A stretch of DNA of 64,000 nucleotides from Octopus sinensis (lineage: Eukaryota), in contig NC_043018.1 of the NCBI RefSeq assembly GCF_006345805.1, positions 17,794,001 through 17,858,000 of the forward strand, written 5' to 3'. Made by a program: the position numbers and the translations under genes. The notes below the pieces were generated by a model, which did no database searches, was not told where the DNA came from, and saw only the letters and a list, made by a program, of their open reading frames with translations. Shown here one piece after another: positions 25,064-38,024 of the stretch. Each line of letters starts with the position of its first letter. Positions within the stretch are counted from its first letter, which is position 1.

Positions 25064-25851
25064 ATATACATATATATAATATTATATTATATTATATTAT
25101 TTATTATGTATGTATGCTTAATTTGCGTGCATATTTCTGGAATATTTTCGTAAAAATACACTCCACAACGATTTGCCAATCAAGCCATTCATATTTTCCT
25201 GTAGAACACAAATTCTTGATTTGATATCTGCCATAAATTCAGTGACCAACGAACGGTAGGACATAAAATAAGGTAAGGTATTATTTTCTCATCAAATAAT
25301 TTAATAAATCTTGATAAATGGATAAAACGGAAAAGAACAAGAAACAAGGCCAACGACGAAAAACGCTGTTTAAGAAAAACATCATTTTTATTTTTTAGAA
25401 TGTCTACATAAATTTAATGATTGCATCAATTTTGAACGGTCTTCTTACCAATTATTCTGCCAAAGTGACTTAAATTGTAACCTCTTGAATCATATATAAA
25501 CGTACATCTTTCTCTCTGTCCCTCTTTCTCTTTCTGTCTCTCTTTCCGTAAGTCTCTAACTTTATTATGTACCTTTCTCCTGCCTCTCTCCCTAAACTCT
25601 TCCTCGCATTACTTTTTCCTCCATTTTAAACGCTATCTTTATGTTTGCTTGATGTCTCTAAATATCTGCATTTACATACGCATGTTTGTATTTATGTATA
25701 TGTGTGTGTATTCATGAATTCCATAGATGTACATCAATTTATCTGTGGCAGTGGGCGAACCAACATGTGTAAACGTGCGTACATACAGTACAGAAATGGG
25801 TGTATTTATGTTTGAATTCATGACGCATTCAACTATCGATAATTATAATTG

Positions 25852-25900
25852 TATATTATTATTATTATTATTAATATTATTATTATTATTAATAATAATA

Positions 25901-25959
<59 letters not shown>

Positions 25960-26030
25960 GTAATAATAATAATGATAATAATGATAATAATAATAAAGAA
26001 ATTATTATTATTGTTATTATCAATGTTATT
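25852..26030. repeat. (ATT)n switching to (AAT)n microsatellite
   Basis: Direct reading. Confidence 0.9.
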
Positions 26031-26141
26031 ATAGTTACAACCATCATTACCATCCTCATCATTATTTAAATTTGCCGTCCATAAAATACACATTTCTATG
26101 GATACATAGAAATACACATAAACATGCACACACACTGTGGG

Positions 26142-26334
26142 ATACATACATACATACATACATACATACATGCATACATACATACGTACATACATATATA
26201 CATACATACATACATACGTACATACATATATACATACATACATACATACATACATACATACGTACATACATATATACATACATACATACATACATACATA
26301 CATACGTACATACATACATACATACATACATACA

Positions 26335-26366
<32 letters not shown>

Positions 26367-26410
26367 CATACATACATACAGGTATACATACATACATATA
26401 CATACATACA
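26142..26410. repeat. (TACA)n microsatellite
   Basis: Direct reading. Confidence 0.95.
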
Positions 26411-26414
26411 TCGG

Positions 26415-26546
26415 CCCCCCAGTACATGACTGATACTTATTTTATCGACTTCGAATGTATGAAAGAGAAAGTCGACCTCAGCAGAATTTGAACTCAGAAC
26501 GTAAAGACGAACATTTTGTCCGGTATTCTAACGGTTCTGCCAGTTC
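26415..26546 (-). mobile_element. SINE family A, diverged
   Basis: aaagtcgacctcagcagaatttgaactcagaacg...ctaacggttctgccag on +. Confidence 0.75.
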
Positions 26547-26569
26547 TCTACCTTAAACTAGGACCGGAT

Positions 26570-26811
26570 AAAGATCTTTCCTGAGTCACACTGACCCCGA
26601 GGGCCGGTTTCCCAGTTTCCATGGCGTATATATTTCCCATCTGGACTGGACGCATGTCCGTCACAGAATTACTCAGTTTTGCCAAATGAGAGGACTGGCG
26701 CAACGTGAAATGAAGTGTTTTGCTTAAGAACAACGCATCGACCGATCCAGATATCGAAACCACAGTCTTACGATCAAGATTCAACGCCCTAACCACCAAG
26801 CTACCTGCCTC
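26570..26811 (-). mobile_element. tRNA-derived SINE (body X, tail T2)
   Basis: Minus strand: gtggttagggcg head, body aagcaaaacacttcatttcacgttgcgccag, tail gtgacggacatgcgtccagtccag...ggaaactgggaaaccggccc. Confidence 0.78.
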
Positions 26812-27320
26812 TGGAAAGGCATAAGAAAATAATACGATCGCAAATCAACACTAAACACGCTGGTTAATGACCAACTTGCGAGAAATATATCTTTCGTTGT
26901 AACACCCCACACAATATTCAAGTTCTAATAGATAACCCAAACCCATACATGCAGTCTTCCGAAAAACTGTTTCATCGAAAGAAAAGAAGCCCAAGTTACA
27001 ACTGTACTCCTGACGTGCAGAAGCTGATAATATAAATCTCAGAAATAAACTGTTGATGAGAAGAGTTTAAATGTACATTTTGAAGCATGTTTGCTCAAAC
27101 AGTCCTACTCTGCCGGGACAGAACTTACCTACGTTGAATTGAACCTCAATGTGAAGTGTAAACTCAACTTAGATAGAAACAGCAATGTTGTGGTTAGATG
27201 AATCAATTATTAAGAAGTTTGTGCAAAGAATTTGAGTAGAATTAACTTCAACCTTCTATAATAGGAAAACATCTATGACAATACTCCCCACCACTTATTA
27301 TAATGAGTAGAATTATAATT

Positions 27321-27594
27321 GTGGAAGCACTCCGTCGGTTACGACGACAAGGGTTCCGGTTGATCCGACCAACGGAACAGCCTGCTCGTGAAATTAACAG
27401 AAACAGGAAGAAAGAGTGAGAGAAAGTTGTGGTGAAAGAGTACAGCAGGGATCACCACAATCCCCTGCCGGAGCCTCGTGGAGCTTTAGGTGTTTTCGCT
27501 CAATAAACACTCACAACGCCCGGTCTGGGAATCGAAACCGCGATCCTACGACCGCGAGTCCGCTGCCCTAACCACTGGGCCATTGCGCCTCCAC
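27321..27594 (-). mobile_element. tRNA-derived SINE (body Y, tail T3)
   Basis: Head gtggaggcgcaatggcccagtggttagggc, ggtttcgattccc B-box; 12-bp TSD agaattataatt at 27309-27320 and 27595-27606. Confidence 0.9.
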
Positions 27595-28011
27595 AGAATT
27601 ATAATTATTACTCATTATAATGGGTAGAGGGTTTGAGAATAAGATCACATACATTATGTCTGTCTCCATCTGATTTAAGGAGGAATGCTTCCACAATATC
27701 TGATACAAACCTGTTTGTTTGTTTTTTTTAATTTATTTTAATTGTTTTTGTTTAATTTTAAATTTTTTTAAACTTGAGCAGAATGTTACTAAAATAAATA
27801 ATTATGACTGAAAACATTCCTAAAGGCAGCTCTACTTAGTCAGTCGGGCGGTATCAGATCATTGTACAGAATATCTTATCTGTTTCAGCTCTTCGCGTTC
27901 TGCGTTCACATCTTGTTATGGCTTGCATGGCTGATCGACTGACCTCATCGACCACTGGTACATTAGATGTTCTTAGATCAATCAAATTCCTTTGCAGTCC
28001 AAGTGTCTGGT

Positions 28012-28238
28012 TTAACCCTTTAGTATTTAAACTGGCCATATCCGGCCAAAATAGTTAATCTGTTTTATGTTCAAACTGACCAGATCCAGGCCCTCACACC
28101 TACCCTACAATGTTATTCTACATTAAGTAATTACACCATCAAGATCTTGAAGATATGAGAAAATGCATGATTAATTCAAATCAATGGGAATCAATAAGTA
28201 TTATGTTTGATAGAATAATCTGATCACTAAAGGGTTAA
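28012..28238. mobile_element. piggyBac-type (TTAA) MITE
   Basis: TTAA-ccctttagt ... actaaaggg-TTAA. Confidence 0.82.
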
Positions 28239-28339
28239 AGCTGTCTCCCTTCAGTCTCTGACCTGCTGTGAGGAATTATATGCCGTGTTTCCCACCCTGA
28301 CTAAAGGTTAAAAGCATTCAATATGTAAACTGGTCTGAA

Positions 28340-28550
28340 CAGTGATCTAGCAGAACGGTTAGCACGCCGGACAAAATGCTTTGCAGCATTTCGTTTCTCT
28401 TTACGTTCTAGGTTCAAATGCAGCTGAGGTCGGCATTGCGTTTTACCCCTTCGGAATCGAAACAGTAAGTACAAATTGAGCATTGAATGGGTTTAATCGA
28501 CTTACCCCTCCCCCAAATTGCTGGCCTTGTACCAAAATCTGAAATCAATA
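28340..28550 (+). mobile_element. SINE family A relative, diverged
   Basis: ctagcagaacggttagcacgccggac head, ggttcaaatg, tail ccccaaattgctggccttgtacc. Confidence 0.72.
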
Positions 28551-28769
28551 TGTACGTGGTTTAGGGACCAATCTCAATGAGCAGCACTTTGGCAAAATGT
28601 CTTCTAGTATGGTCCCATGCCAGAGGATTTGACCAGAGAACTTGACAACTCGGTGAAGTTGATCTTTGCAGAACGTAAAAAGGGAGGAAAAATACTGCAA
28701 CTTACTTTTCCGAGGATCGAACTTGTGTACAAGCTCACCTCCTTGCAAAGACATATAGTACAGCATTTG

Positions 28770-28915
28770 TGTGCATGTGCGTGTATGTGTGTGATTGTGT
28801 GTGTGTACGCGCGGTGTGTGTGTGTGTGTGCGTGTGTGTGTGTGTGTGCGTGTGTGTGTGTGTGTGTGCGTGCGTGTGTGTGTGTGTGCGTGTGCGTGTG
28901 TGTGTGTGTGCGCGC

Positions 28916-28960
<45 letters not shown>

Positions 28961-29156
28961 TGTGTGTGTGTGTGCGTGCGTGTGTGTGTGTGTGCGTGCG
29001 TGTGTGTATGCACAGAGAGAGGAAAATAATACAAATTTTCATACTGTGCCACTCTCTCTCACACACACATACACTTATAATATACACAGACACACACACA
29101 CTCACATGTGTGAGTGAGTGTGTGTTTGTATTTAAAGGGAGAAGGAAAAGAAAGAC

Positions 29157-29191
<35 letters not shown>

Positions 29192-29230
29192 AGAAAGAAA
29201 GAAAGAAGAAAGAAAGAAAGAAAGAAAGAA
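28770..29230. repeat. (TG)n, (CA)n and (AAAG)n microsatellites
   Basis: Direct reading. Confidence 0.92.
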
Positions 29231-29633
29231 GCACGTCTTCGAATTTGTCGTTTCGCTGTACGACACTGAAAAGGAAATTGACAAATATGTTTCTATCTTA
29301 AGAGCTATGCTGGAAGAAATTATATTATAATAACAATTTTTCTGTAACTCGCTTCTTTTCTTTCGTTGTATTCTTTATTAACTGTGATGCACGAAGTTAA
29401 TGTATTTCTACACACAGACCAGAGACCATCGAAAAATGGTTGGCGTTGTCTGTCAGAATTTAGAATTAATCATGTAAAATGTCGAAAATTCAGAAGATGA
29501 TTAAATGAAACTTGATCACTTAGAGTCGGTCTGCGTACACGCGGGGAACACAATGCAATAAATGTTGTCACAGAAATTATATTATTATTGACAGAAATGT
29601 ACATTCACGTGTACACACCTACATACGCTAGCG

Positions 29634-29671
<38 letters not shown>

Positions 29672-29820
29672 AGCACACGCACATACAAACATACAGGCAT
29701 AATAATATATATGTGCTTGTGATATATTACAGTTCATTTACTGTGATTCATTACAAATGTCCATATATTTCGCTCTTGCAAAAGAACGTGCTTTTCGGGG
29801 GTGATTGGTGGAATATATAT

Positions 29821-30149
29821 ATAGGAGCACTCCTTCGGTTACGACGATGAGGGTCACAGTTGATACGATCAACAGAACAGCTTGCTCGTGAAATTAACGT
29901 GCAAGTGACTGAGCAGTCCACAGACACGAGTACCCTTAACGTAGTTCTCAGGGAGACTCAGCGTGACACAGAGTGTGACAAGACTGGCCCTTTTGAAATA
30001 CAGGTACAACTCATTTTTGCCAGCTGAGTGGACTGGAACAACGTGAAATAAAGTATCTTGCTCAAGGACACAACGCATCGCCAGGAATCGAACTCACGAC
30101 CTTACAATCGTCAGTCGAATGCCCTAACCACTAAGCCACGCGCCTTCAC
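29821..30149 (-). mobile_element. tRNA-derived SINE (body X, tail T3), full length
   Basis: Head gtgaaggcgcgtggcttagtggttagggc, gagttcgattcc B-box; 14-bp TSD ggtggaatatatat at 29807-29820 and 30150-30163. Confidence 0.92.
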
Positions 30150-30756
30150 GGTGGAATATATATGAAAATATGCGAGGGCTTGTTTGAACCCAGGTGTTTC
30201 TGGATGTAAATAATGAAAATAAAGGGATTTTTAAACTAGATTCACATGGAGAGTATACTAGTTTATTACTGCAGTTTACGTTAGAAAGATGACGAATGTT
30301 GTGTGTGGGAGTTGAAAGAAGATGCATGAAGACATTCAGTCATGAAGGACTAAATTAAAGGAAGCTCGTAATTCAATGCTGAAGGGAAAATACAGAATAA
30401 ATTTACTTGTTTAAGAAGAAATATAGAAACCTCGTCAAGAGGCAAATGGAAGTCATTTAATGGTTCGGTGGAGAAAATTTATATATTTAAGAGTCAGAAC
30501 GGCCAATGGGATGTGGCTTATTTGTCAGAATATATATACAAGGAATATGAGTACGTGTGCGTGAGTGTTTGTGTGCATTATGCGTGTTTATGTGCGTATG
30601 TGTGTGTGTGTGTGCGGGTGCGTGTGAATAAGTGCATAAAATTTTGGAGAAATACGAGAAATAATTTTAGAGAAATATGAAAAATAAGCGTAAATAATTA
30701 GAAGGAAGCTGCAGTTATATAGAGGATAAGATATCCAGAACCTCGTGTATATGTGT

Positions 30757-30788
<32 letters not shown>

Positions 30789-32824
30789 TTGTATACAAAC
30801 ACATGTGAATAGATGTATGTATTTGTATATATATATATATATATATATACATAAATATATATATGTATTTATATATGCATGGGCGATAGATCGATAGATA
30901 TTATAAGGAAGTGTTCCTTGGTTACAAGGCATGTTGCTAATACACCGAATCTGTAACCAATATGAGGTGTCACAGGGATGGGAGAAATTGGAACAATGAA
31001 ATGAAGGCAACTGAAAATTAAAGGAAAACAAAGACAGGAAGGAAGACTTTTGTGACAGAAGATAATAAACAAATGATGTGTAGGTTATCTTCAGGATGAT
31101 GGTAGTCACTTGCGTGAACGTGTGGAATAAAAAACAAACCCAAGAATTAAAGTAGAAAAAAATGTACATAAAAGAGAATGATTGCGTAACTTTAAAAGTT
31201 GGATGAGTTAAAATTACGTTGAAGTCAACAAGATGGTTCCATGAGTGTCATTGGTGTAGAAAAAGTACTATATCAGTATAAATGTAGTCATATCAATGTG
31301 CACGCAAAGGTAGTAAGTGTTCCAAGCTGTGGAAACAATAAGAAAATGTAAGGTAACAAAATCGGATATTATCTAAAGAAACATGAAGACATAATAATAC
31401 TTCTATATAAGATTGAAGTCGACATGTTAAGGGGAAGCAATTGGTATAAAGAAAGTAGTGAAATAAAGTAAAGATTTTTCTCTGGAGAAACTTTAACGAA
31501 TGAAGACATTTTCAGGTCAGATTCAATGGAACAGGTTTAACACAGAAAGAAATATTCGTAACGGGAATCTACGATCTTACTTAAAAAATCTTTGCTGTAA
31601 ATTTCAACACATCAAGAACTATATTTAGTTGATTTCTAAAACTCTGATAGTTGGAAACATACGGCCATCTGTAACAAATCACCTTGTATATAATTTAATA
31701 TATAATATTATTGTCAATGGCATTATGCCTTGATACCTTCCATTGATATTGACTTCCGGTTCATAAATTACAAATGTTCATGTGAGTGTATTTTTTCCAC
31801 TTTTACTGATGATTGATGTAGTCATTCACAAATCGAAATATTTAGTGAAAATCGGTATATAATTTTGCTTCTTTAAACTAGAGATCTTCTACGTAACTAA
31901 TCGACTTTTTAAAAATAGAAGTGAATTGTCTCTGAACTTACACTCTTCTATTACGGAGAGGGAGGGACATCATCAGATAATGTAGTTTTTAATCCTGCTT
32001 ATCAACATGGACCCTACTTTGCTTATTGTACTTCTCAACCTGTATTATCCTGTTATTCAAACAACATATCAACAACTATAACACCATTTTTTTTTCTTAA
32101 AATAATTGTAAATCTCTCAGCTTTCAAAATTAAAGTTGTTATAATTAATGGTGAAACAAAGAGAGAAAGAAACATATTTTTGTGTTTGTTGTTTTGTTGT
32201 ACGTCACCGAAAAGAAAAATTACCAAAACCGTTTCTATCTTAAGAGCTACGTTCGAAGTAATTATATTTTTCTCTGACTCACTTTTTGCTTACATTGTAT
32301 TCTTAATTAACTTAATGCATGAAGACTTCTTCCTAGCAGCAGCCATGATATCATCGCGTCTTTATCACCGGGGCACGCCTTTTCTTTGTTACTCTTTGAC
32401 TGTTCTAACACAGTAACTGAGATGTGTTCATGCTGGAGCAATATCGTCAAAGTTTTCAACGATCAAATCTCCCTTCAGCAGTTATAAACTAAAGTCAATC
32501 AGCCGAACAGTTAATTTATCGGACAGGAATCTAGATAAGGCCACAGGATCACACACACACACACTCCTATATACACATCCATACCATCACACACATATAC
32601 ACACACTAACACACTCGCACACAAGCGTGCACTCACGAATATATATATATATAGAGAGAGAGAGAGGAGATGGCTAATACACACACACGTATATGTGCGC
32701 GCGTGGGTAAACATATATATGTGTGTATTTGTGTGTGTGTATTTACTCATGCGACTGACTTGAATAATATCTGTATATGTGTGTGTGTGTGTGTTTGTTT
32801 GTTTGTCTGTGTGCGCGTGAGCAA

Positions 32825-32857
<33 letters not shown>

Positions 32858-33289
32858 TGCGTGAGCGGGTGTGTGTGTGTATGTGTACAGATATACATAC
32901 ATCCAGTGGGTTTTGTTACGTATTGAAATTACTACTCAATGTACTAGAAGCCAGTTTTCGGAAATAAGTATGTCCTAGGTTCAAATTCCACCGTGGTCAA
33001 CGGTGCCTTCCTTTCTCTCGGGGTCAATAAAACGTGTACCAGTTGAACACAGGGGCTAATGTAATCTGGCCCAGGGTCAGCAACTAGACAATACTTGAAA
33101 TCAATACTTGACGTATATATCTGGAATAATTTTTGCCTGTTATAATAGCTTGTTTAGTAACTGAAATTGTCAGCGCCATAAAAACATTATGAATTATTTC
33201 AAATTTTCTTTTTTCCCTTGTTATATCAATTGCTGTTTTAATAAATGGACCAATTCTGAGGATAGATAGTATAGAAAGGTATTATAAAA

Positions 33290-33542
33290 GGAGAAAGGGG
33301 CTCTCTACCAACCCACTCTTTTTGACCAGGTTCCCGTGGCTTTTATGGTTTTTTTCCACGAGTAACCTTTCGAAGCGCCTCCCCCTATTGGAAATTTCAA
33401 TTGTTATATTTTCGTTATCTCTGGAATTTTTACACGGGTTTTTGCAAACGGACAAAGCCTTTTGTAACTTCCGTCCTGTGTTTTGTCCCTTCATGTTTTA
33501 ATTATTATTTTTTATCAGCCCTTGTGGCCAATAAACGTATTA

Positions 33543-33545
<3 letters not shown>
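33290..33545 (+). mobile_element. LINE 3' UTR fragment (related to 33822-34475)
   Basis: Shares ggttttttccac..aagcgcctc..ctattgg and agcccttgtggccaataaa with the downstream copy; followed by (TTA)n. Confidence 0.65.
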
Positions 33546-33592
<47 letters not shown>

Positions 33593-33618
33593 TATTATTA
33601 TTGTTGTTGTTGTTATTG

Positions 33619-33668
<50 letters not shown>

Positions 33669-33699
33669 GTTGTTGTTGTTGTTGTTGTTGTTGTTATTG

Positions 33700-33742
<43 letters not shown>

Positions 33743-33821
33743 TATTATTATTGTTGTTGTTGTTATTGTTGTTATTATTATTATTAATTATTATTATTAT
33801 TATTACTATTATTATTATTGT
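33545..33821. repeat. Compound (TTA)n/(TTG)n microsatellite
   Basis: Direct reading. Confidence 0.95.
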
Positions 33822-34475
33822 TATCGTGGACCCGTTTGAAAGGGCTAAAGTCAGACACTAAAGTCAGCCCTCATCAAATTTTTCAAGTTTCACTTGAAAA
33901 GGAAGTTGAGGGTGGAGAGGGAAGTGTTGCTTTGTAGCAAGTTTGTTGAAAGGTGGGCGAATGTTGGAAGAATGGCCAGTGGGAAATGACCAACTCTGAG
34001 CGTGCACCTGTAAACAAAAGGAGAAGGGCTCTTGCCCTGTTGTTCAGGCACCAGTGGCTATTGCGGGGTTTTTCCACAAAGTCCTTAACCCTTTCACTAC
34101 CAACCCGGCCAAAACCGCCTCTGGCTCTGTAGTACAAATGTCTTGTTTTCATAAGTTCTGAATTAAAATCTTCCGCAAAACCTTAGTCACAATTTATGTT
34201 CTTAACACCAGCTTAATGATAACGAAGTTATTTTACTAAATTCTTTGTTATATCTAAAATAATTGAGAGAAACATAGAGCCACCCAAAATAAATACAGTA
34301 ACAAAAGGGTTAAAGCGCCTCTACTATTGGGGGTTTTAAATTGTCTAATTTTTAATTCCTTTTTACATTGTTTACACGTTGTAAAACCCATAGTACCGTC
34401 CCATAGTTTTGTCTTTTATGTTGTATGTCTTTTAGGGTATTTTTATGTGAGCCCTTGTGGTCTATAAAAATAATT
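33822..34475 (+). mobile_element. Tx1/L1-like LINE 3' end (ORF2 C-terminus + 3' UTR), interrupted by a MITE
   Basis: Manual translation WTRLKGLKS.. / ALIKFFKFHLKRKLRVEREVLLCSKFVERWANVGRMA resembles the F..RW terminus of Tx1/L1 ORF2; ends gagcccttgtggtctataaaaa. Confidence 0.62.
34085..34313. mobile_element. piggyBac-type (TTAA) MITE nested in LINE 3' UTR
   Basis: TTAA-ccctttcactac ... gtaacaaaaggg-TTAA; flanks rejoin to match the uninterrupted 33290 copy. Confidence 0.85.
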
Positions 34476-34829
34476 AATTATTATCATCATCATCATCATC
34501 ATCATCATCATCTTTATTATTGTTATTAAGTAGGACATCAATTGATCACGTTTACAGTTTTTTTTTCTCTTCACATCTTCCTTTTCTTTGTGGCCTAACC
34601 TAAAAAAAAAAAAAACCTTGGCAACGTTTCCCCGATTAAGTCAAGTTTCTGACGTCACCAAATAGAATCAGGAAGTGAATTGCGGTGACGATATTTAATG
34701 ATGATAATGATGATAATGATGATGACGGTGAAGACGATGGTCCTGATGGCCATGATGATAACGATCAGGATGCTGATGAATGAAAGATATGCGATCATGA
34801 AAACGAGAGAACCAAGACGAAAATACTCA

Positions 34830-34890
34830 AGTTATTATTATTATTATTATTGTTATTATTATTATTATTATTACTATTATTATTATTATT

Positions 34891-34982
<92 letters not shown>

Positions 34983-35135
34983 TACTACTATTACTATTTA
35001 TATCATTATCATCGTCATCATCATCGTCATCATCATCATCATCATCATCATTATTATTGTTATTGCCGTTACTGTAATTGTTGTTGTTGTGGTGGTAGTG
35101 GTGGACGTGGTTGTTATTCTTCTTACCACCACTAC

Positions 35136-35219
<84 letters not shown>

Positions 35220-35220
35220 A
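34830..35220. repeat. Compound trinucleotide microsatellite (TTA/TCA/TAG)
   Basis: Direct reading. Confidence 0.93.
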
Positions 35221-35569
35221 ATTCCTTTTTGGTTTTTGAATTGATGTATAAAGTTGCAGGCAATTAAAGATTTAATTTTTAATTTTTTTTTTTTTTTTTT
35301 TACATCTTAATGAAACATTTTGCTCCTCCTGTTAGCGCCCTGCTGGCATACAAAGGAAACCTTTCAAGCAGAGTATTGAATAGGCTCTGGCGGCAATAAT
35401 AAAATCTTTTTATCATCATCATGATCATCATCATGATCATCTTCCCCGTCATCATCATCATCATCATCATCATCATTATCGTCATCGTCATCATTATTAT
35501 CTTTATTATCATTTGTGTTGTCTTTGCCATTATTTTTTTTTCTTACTGCTGTTTGTAATTATCGTTATT

Positions 35570-35775
35570 GCAGCGAACTGGCAGAACCGTTCGAAAGTCG
35601 GACGAAATGCTTCGCGGCGTATCTTCCGTCTTTACGTTCTGCGTTCAAATTCCCTTGAAGTAAGTTTTTTCCGTTCAACTTTTCAATATTTATAAAATAA
35701 AGACTCACTGGATTCAATGTAAACGACTTACACCCCATCCAAACTTCATGCCTTGTGCCTAGAGTACAAACGAGC
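35570..35775 (+). mobile_element. SINE family A relative, diverged
   Basis: gcgaactggcagaaccgtt head, ttctgcgttcaaattcc, tail gccttgtgcctagagtac. Confidence 0.65.
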
Positions 35776-35813
35776 CAATGCCTGGTACTGCATCAGGGCA
35801 TTTCACAAATAAA

Positions 35814-35853
<40 letters not shown>

Positions 35854-35854
35854 C

Positions 35855-35906
<52 letters not shown>

Positions 35907-35960
35907 TATAATAATAATAATTATCATTATTATTATCATTATTATTATTATTATTATTAT

Positions 35961-36006
<46 letters not shown>

Positions 36007-36091
36007 CCATTAGACGTTAATGACTTGTGTGATGCCTTACAACTTCAATATCACAGATCGCCCAGAAGGGGAGGGAGGGGCGGAGGTGGAA

Positions 36092-36195
36092 GCGGGCAGC
36101 GGCGGTAGCAGCAGCAGCGGCGGCAGCAGCAGCAGCGGCGGCAGCAGCAGCAGCGGCGGCAGCAGCAGCAGCGGCGGCGGCGGCGCAGGCGGCAT
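36092..36195. repeat. GC-rich (GGC)2(AGC)4 18-bp unit, ~4 copies
   Basis: ggcggcagcagcagcagc repeated. Confidence 0.9.
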
Positions 36196-36562
36196 CAGGG
36201 ATCAAGAATTTGAAGAGTAAGGGAAATGGACGGAAAGGATGGAGAAGTGTCAGTCATGCTGACCATAAATGCATGAGGAAAAGAGAGAATTTATAGAGAA
36301 AAAGGAAGTGAAGTAGTATAGTTAATAATGTTTCCATTTGGCGCTGCTTGGCTGGAGCTTCCTGTAACTGAAGCCCTCTTGACATACAAGTTAACCTAAA
36401 CAATATCTGCCCTTGTTCTGCGGCTAAATTACATGTTTGAGCTGTAATCTTATCTTCGCCTCTTCATAAGTAGAAACGCACAAGGAAACAGTGTCAAACA
36501 CACATTTACGTACACGCAGACATACAAAAATACATATCTATCTATATCTATAAATTTGTATG

Positions 36563-36610
<48 letters not shown>

Positions 36611-36637
36611 TATATATATATATATAAATATATATAT

Positions 36638-36685
<48 letters not shown>

Positions 36686-36694
36686 GTATATAGG

Positions 36695-36738
<44 letters not shown>

Positions 36739-36763
36739 CAGATAGACAGATAGATAGATAGAC

Positions 36764-36843
<80 letters not shown>

Positions 36844-37102
36844 GGATGGATAGATAGATAGATAGATAGTGTGAGTTATTTTCTGAGTATGCATTGTCTG
36901 GAGACTTTTATTTGCAGTTGAAGAAATAGCCATATTTTTGGCTGCTGTTTCTGAAAAGTTCGGTGTGTGGTAAAGTGAATTTTTTTACTTTACCATATTT
37001 TTATAAATTAATACTTCAAATACACCGTAAATGGTCTTTACATACCGAATACTGCTTGGTCGAATTTATTAACAATTAATTAATTCTACCCCCTTTTTTG
37101 AT

Positions 37103-37162
<60 letters not shown>

Positions 37163-37181
37163 CATATATAGACAGATAGAC

Positions 37182-37238
<57 letters not shown>

Positions 37239-37262
37239 CATACATACATAGATAGATAGATA
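36695..37262. repeat. Two (GATA)n arrays (36695-36868, 37103-37262)
   Basis: Direct reading. Confidence 0.93.
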
Positions 37263-38024
37263 TGTGCGTACGTTCACTCGTGATCTGTCATAGAGCGAAA
37301 AATGCTTTCAATATTATTAAGTAGAATGAACTAGCATTTATTCAAAGGTGAAGCAGCGTGCATCGCTATGCTGAGTTCACATATAAGTATGTTTGTGTGT
37401 GTGCGTGTGACTGCGTACGCGTGCGTGAGGAGGTGAACAAGATATGTTTGTATAACTTTGTATAAATACCAAAATGCAATTTAGATATGAATTACTACGA
37501 GTGTCCTCGTACTCATATAACATAGTAATAAGATGACCCTTTATAGCGTGCCATGTACAAAACTGTGATCGACGCGCCAGAGAGTGTTTGATATAATATC
37601 CTAGCATAAAAACTAAAGCAGTTCACAGATATGAAATCTTGTTTCTATTAAATTACACTTACCTCTGTAGTGGTTCGATGCATTCTTCCAATCTTATTAT
37701 AAACACTACAGTTGGAATTTCCCACCTTTTCAAAGAAAGTCTGTTTACACTGGAACCACTAGAAACATTTCTGCTGCAATATAAACTAAGTCAGCTTCCT
37801 GTCTTCACTATGGAACTAAAGCTGCTACGTTTCCATTTAAGACATGTTAGGTACGTGCATGTTTGTGTGAGAGTATGTGTGTAACCCTTTCAGCTCCCTG
37901 TAACTTAAAGTTTGGAAGGTTCATGGAACTCATTCGGTTCTACGTATCTGATGAGGTAGATTCGTTCAACGACTCTATGACACTTTAACTTTCTTAGACC
38001 GGAATCAAGCTGTTATTAACTAAT

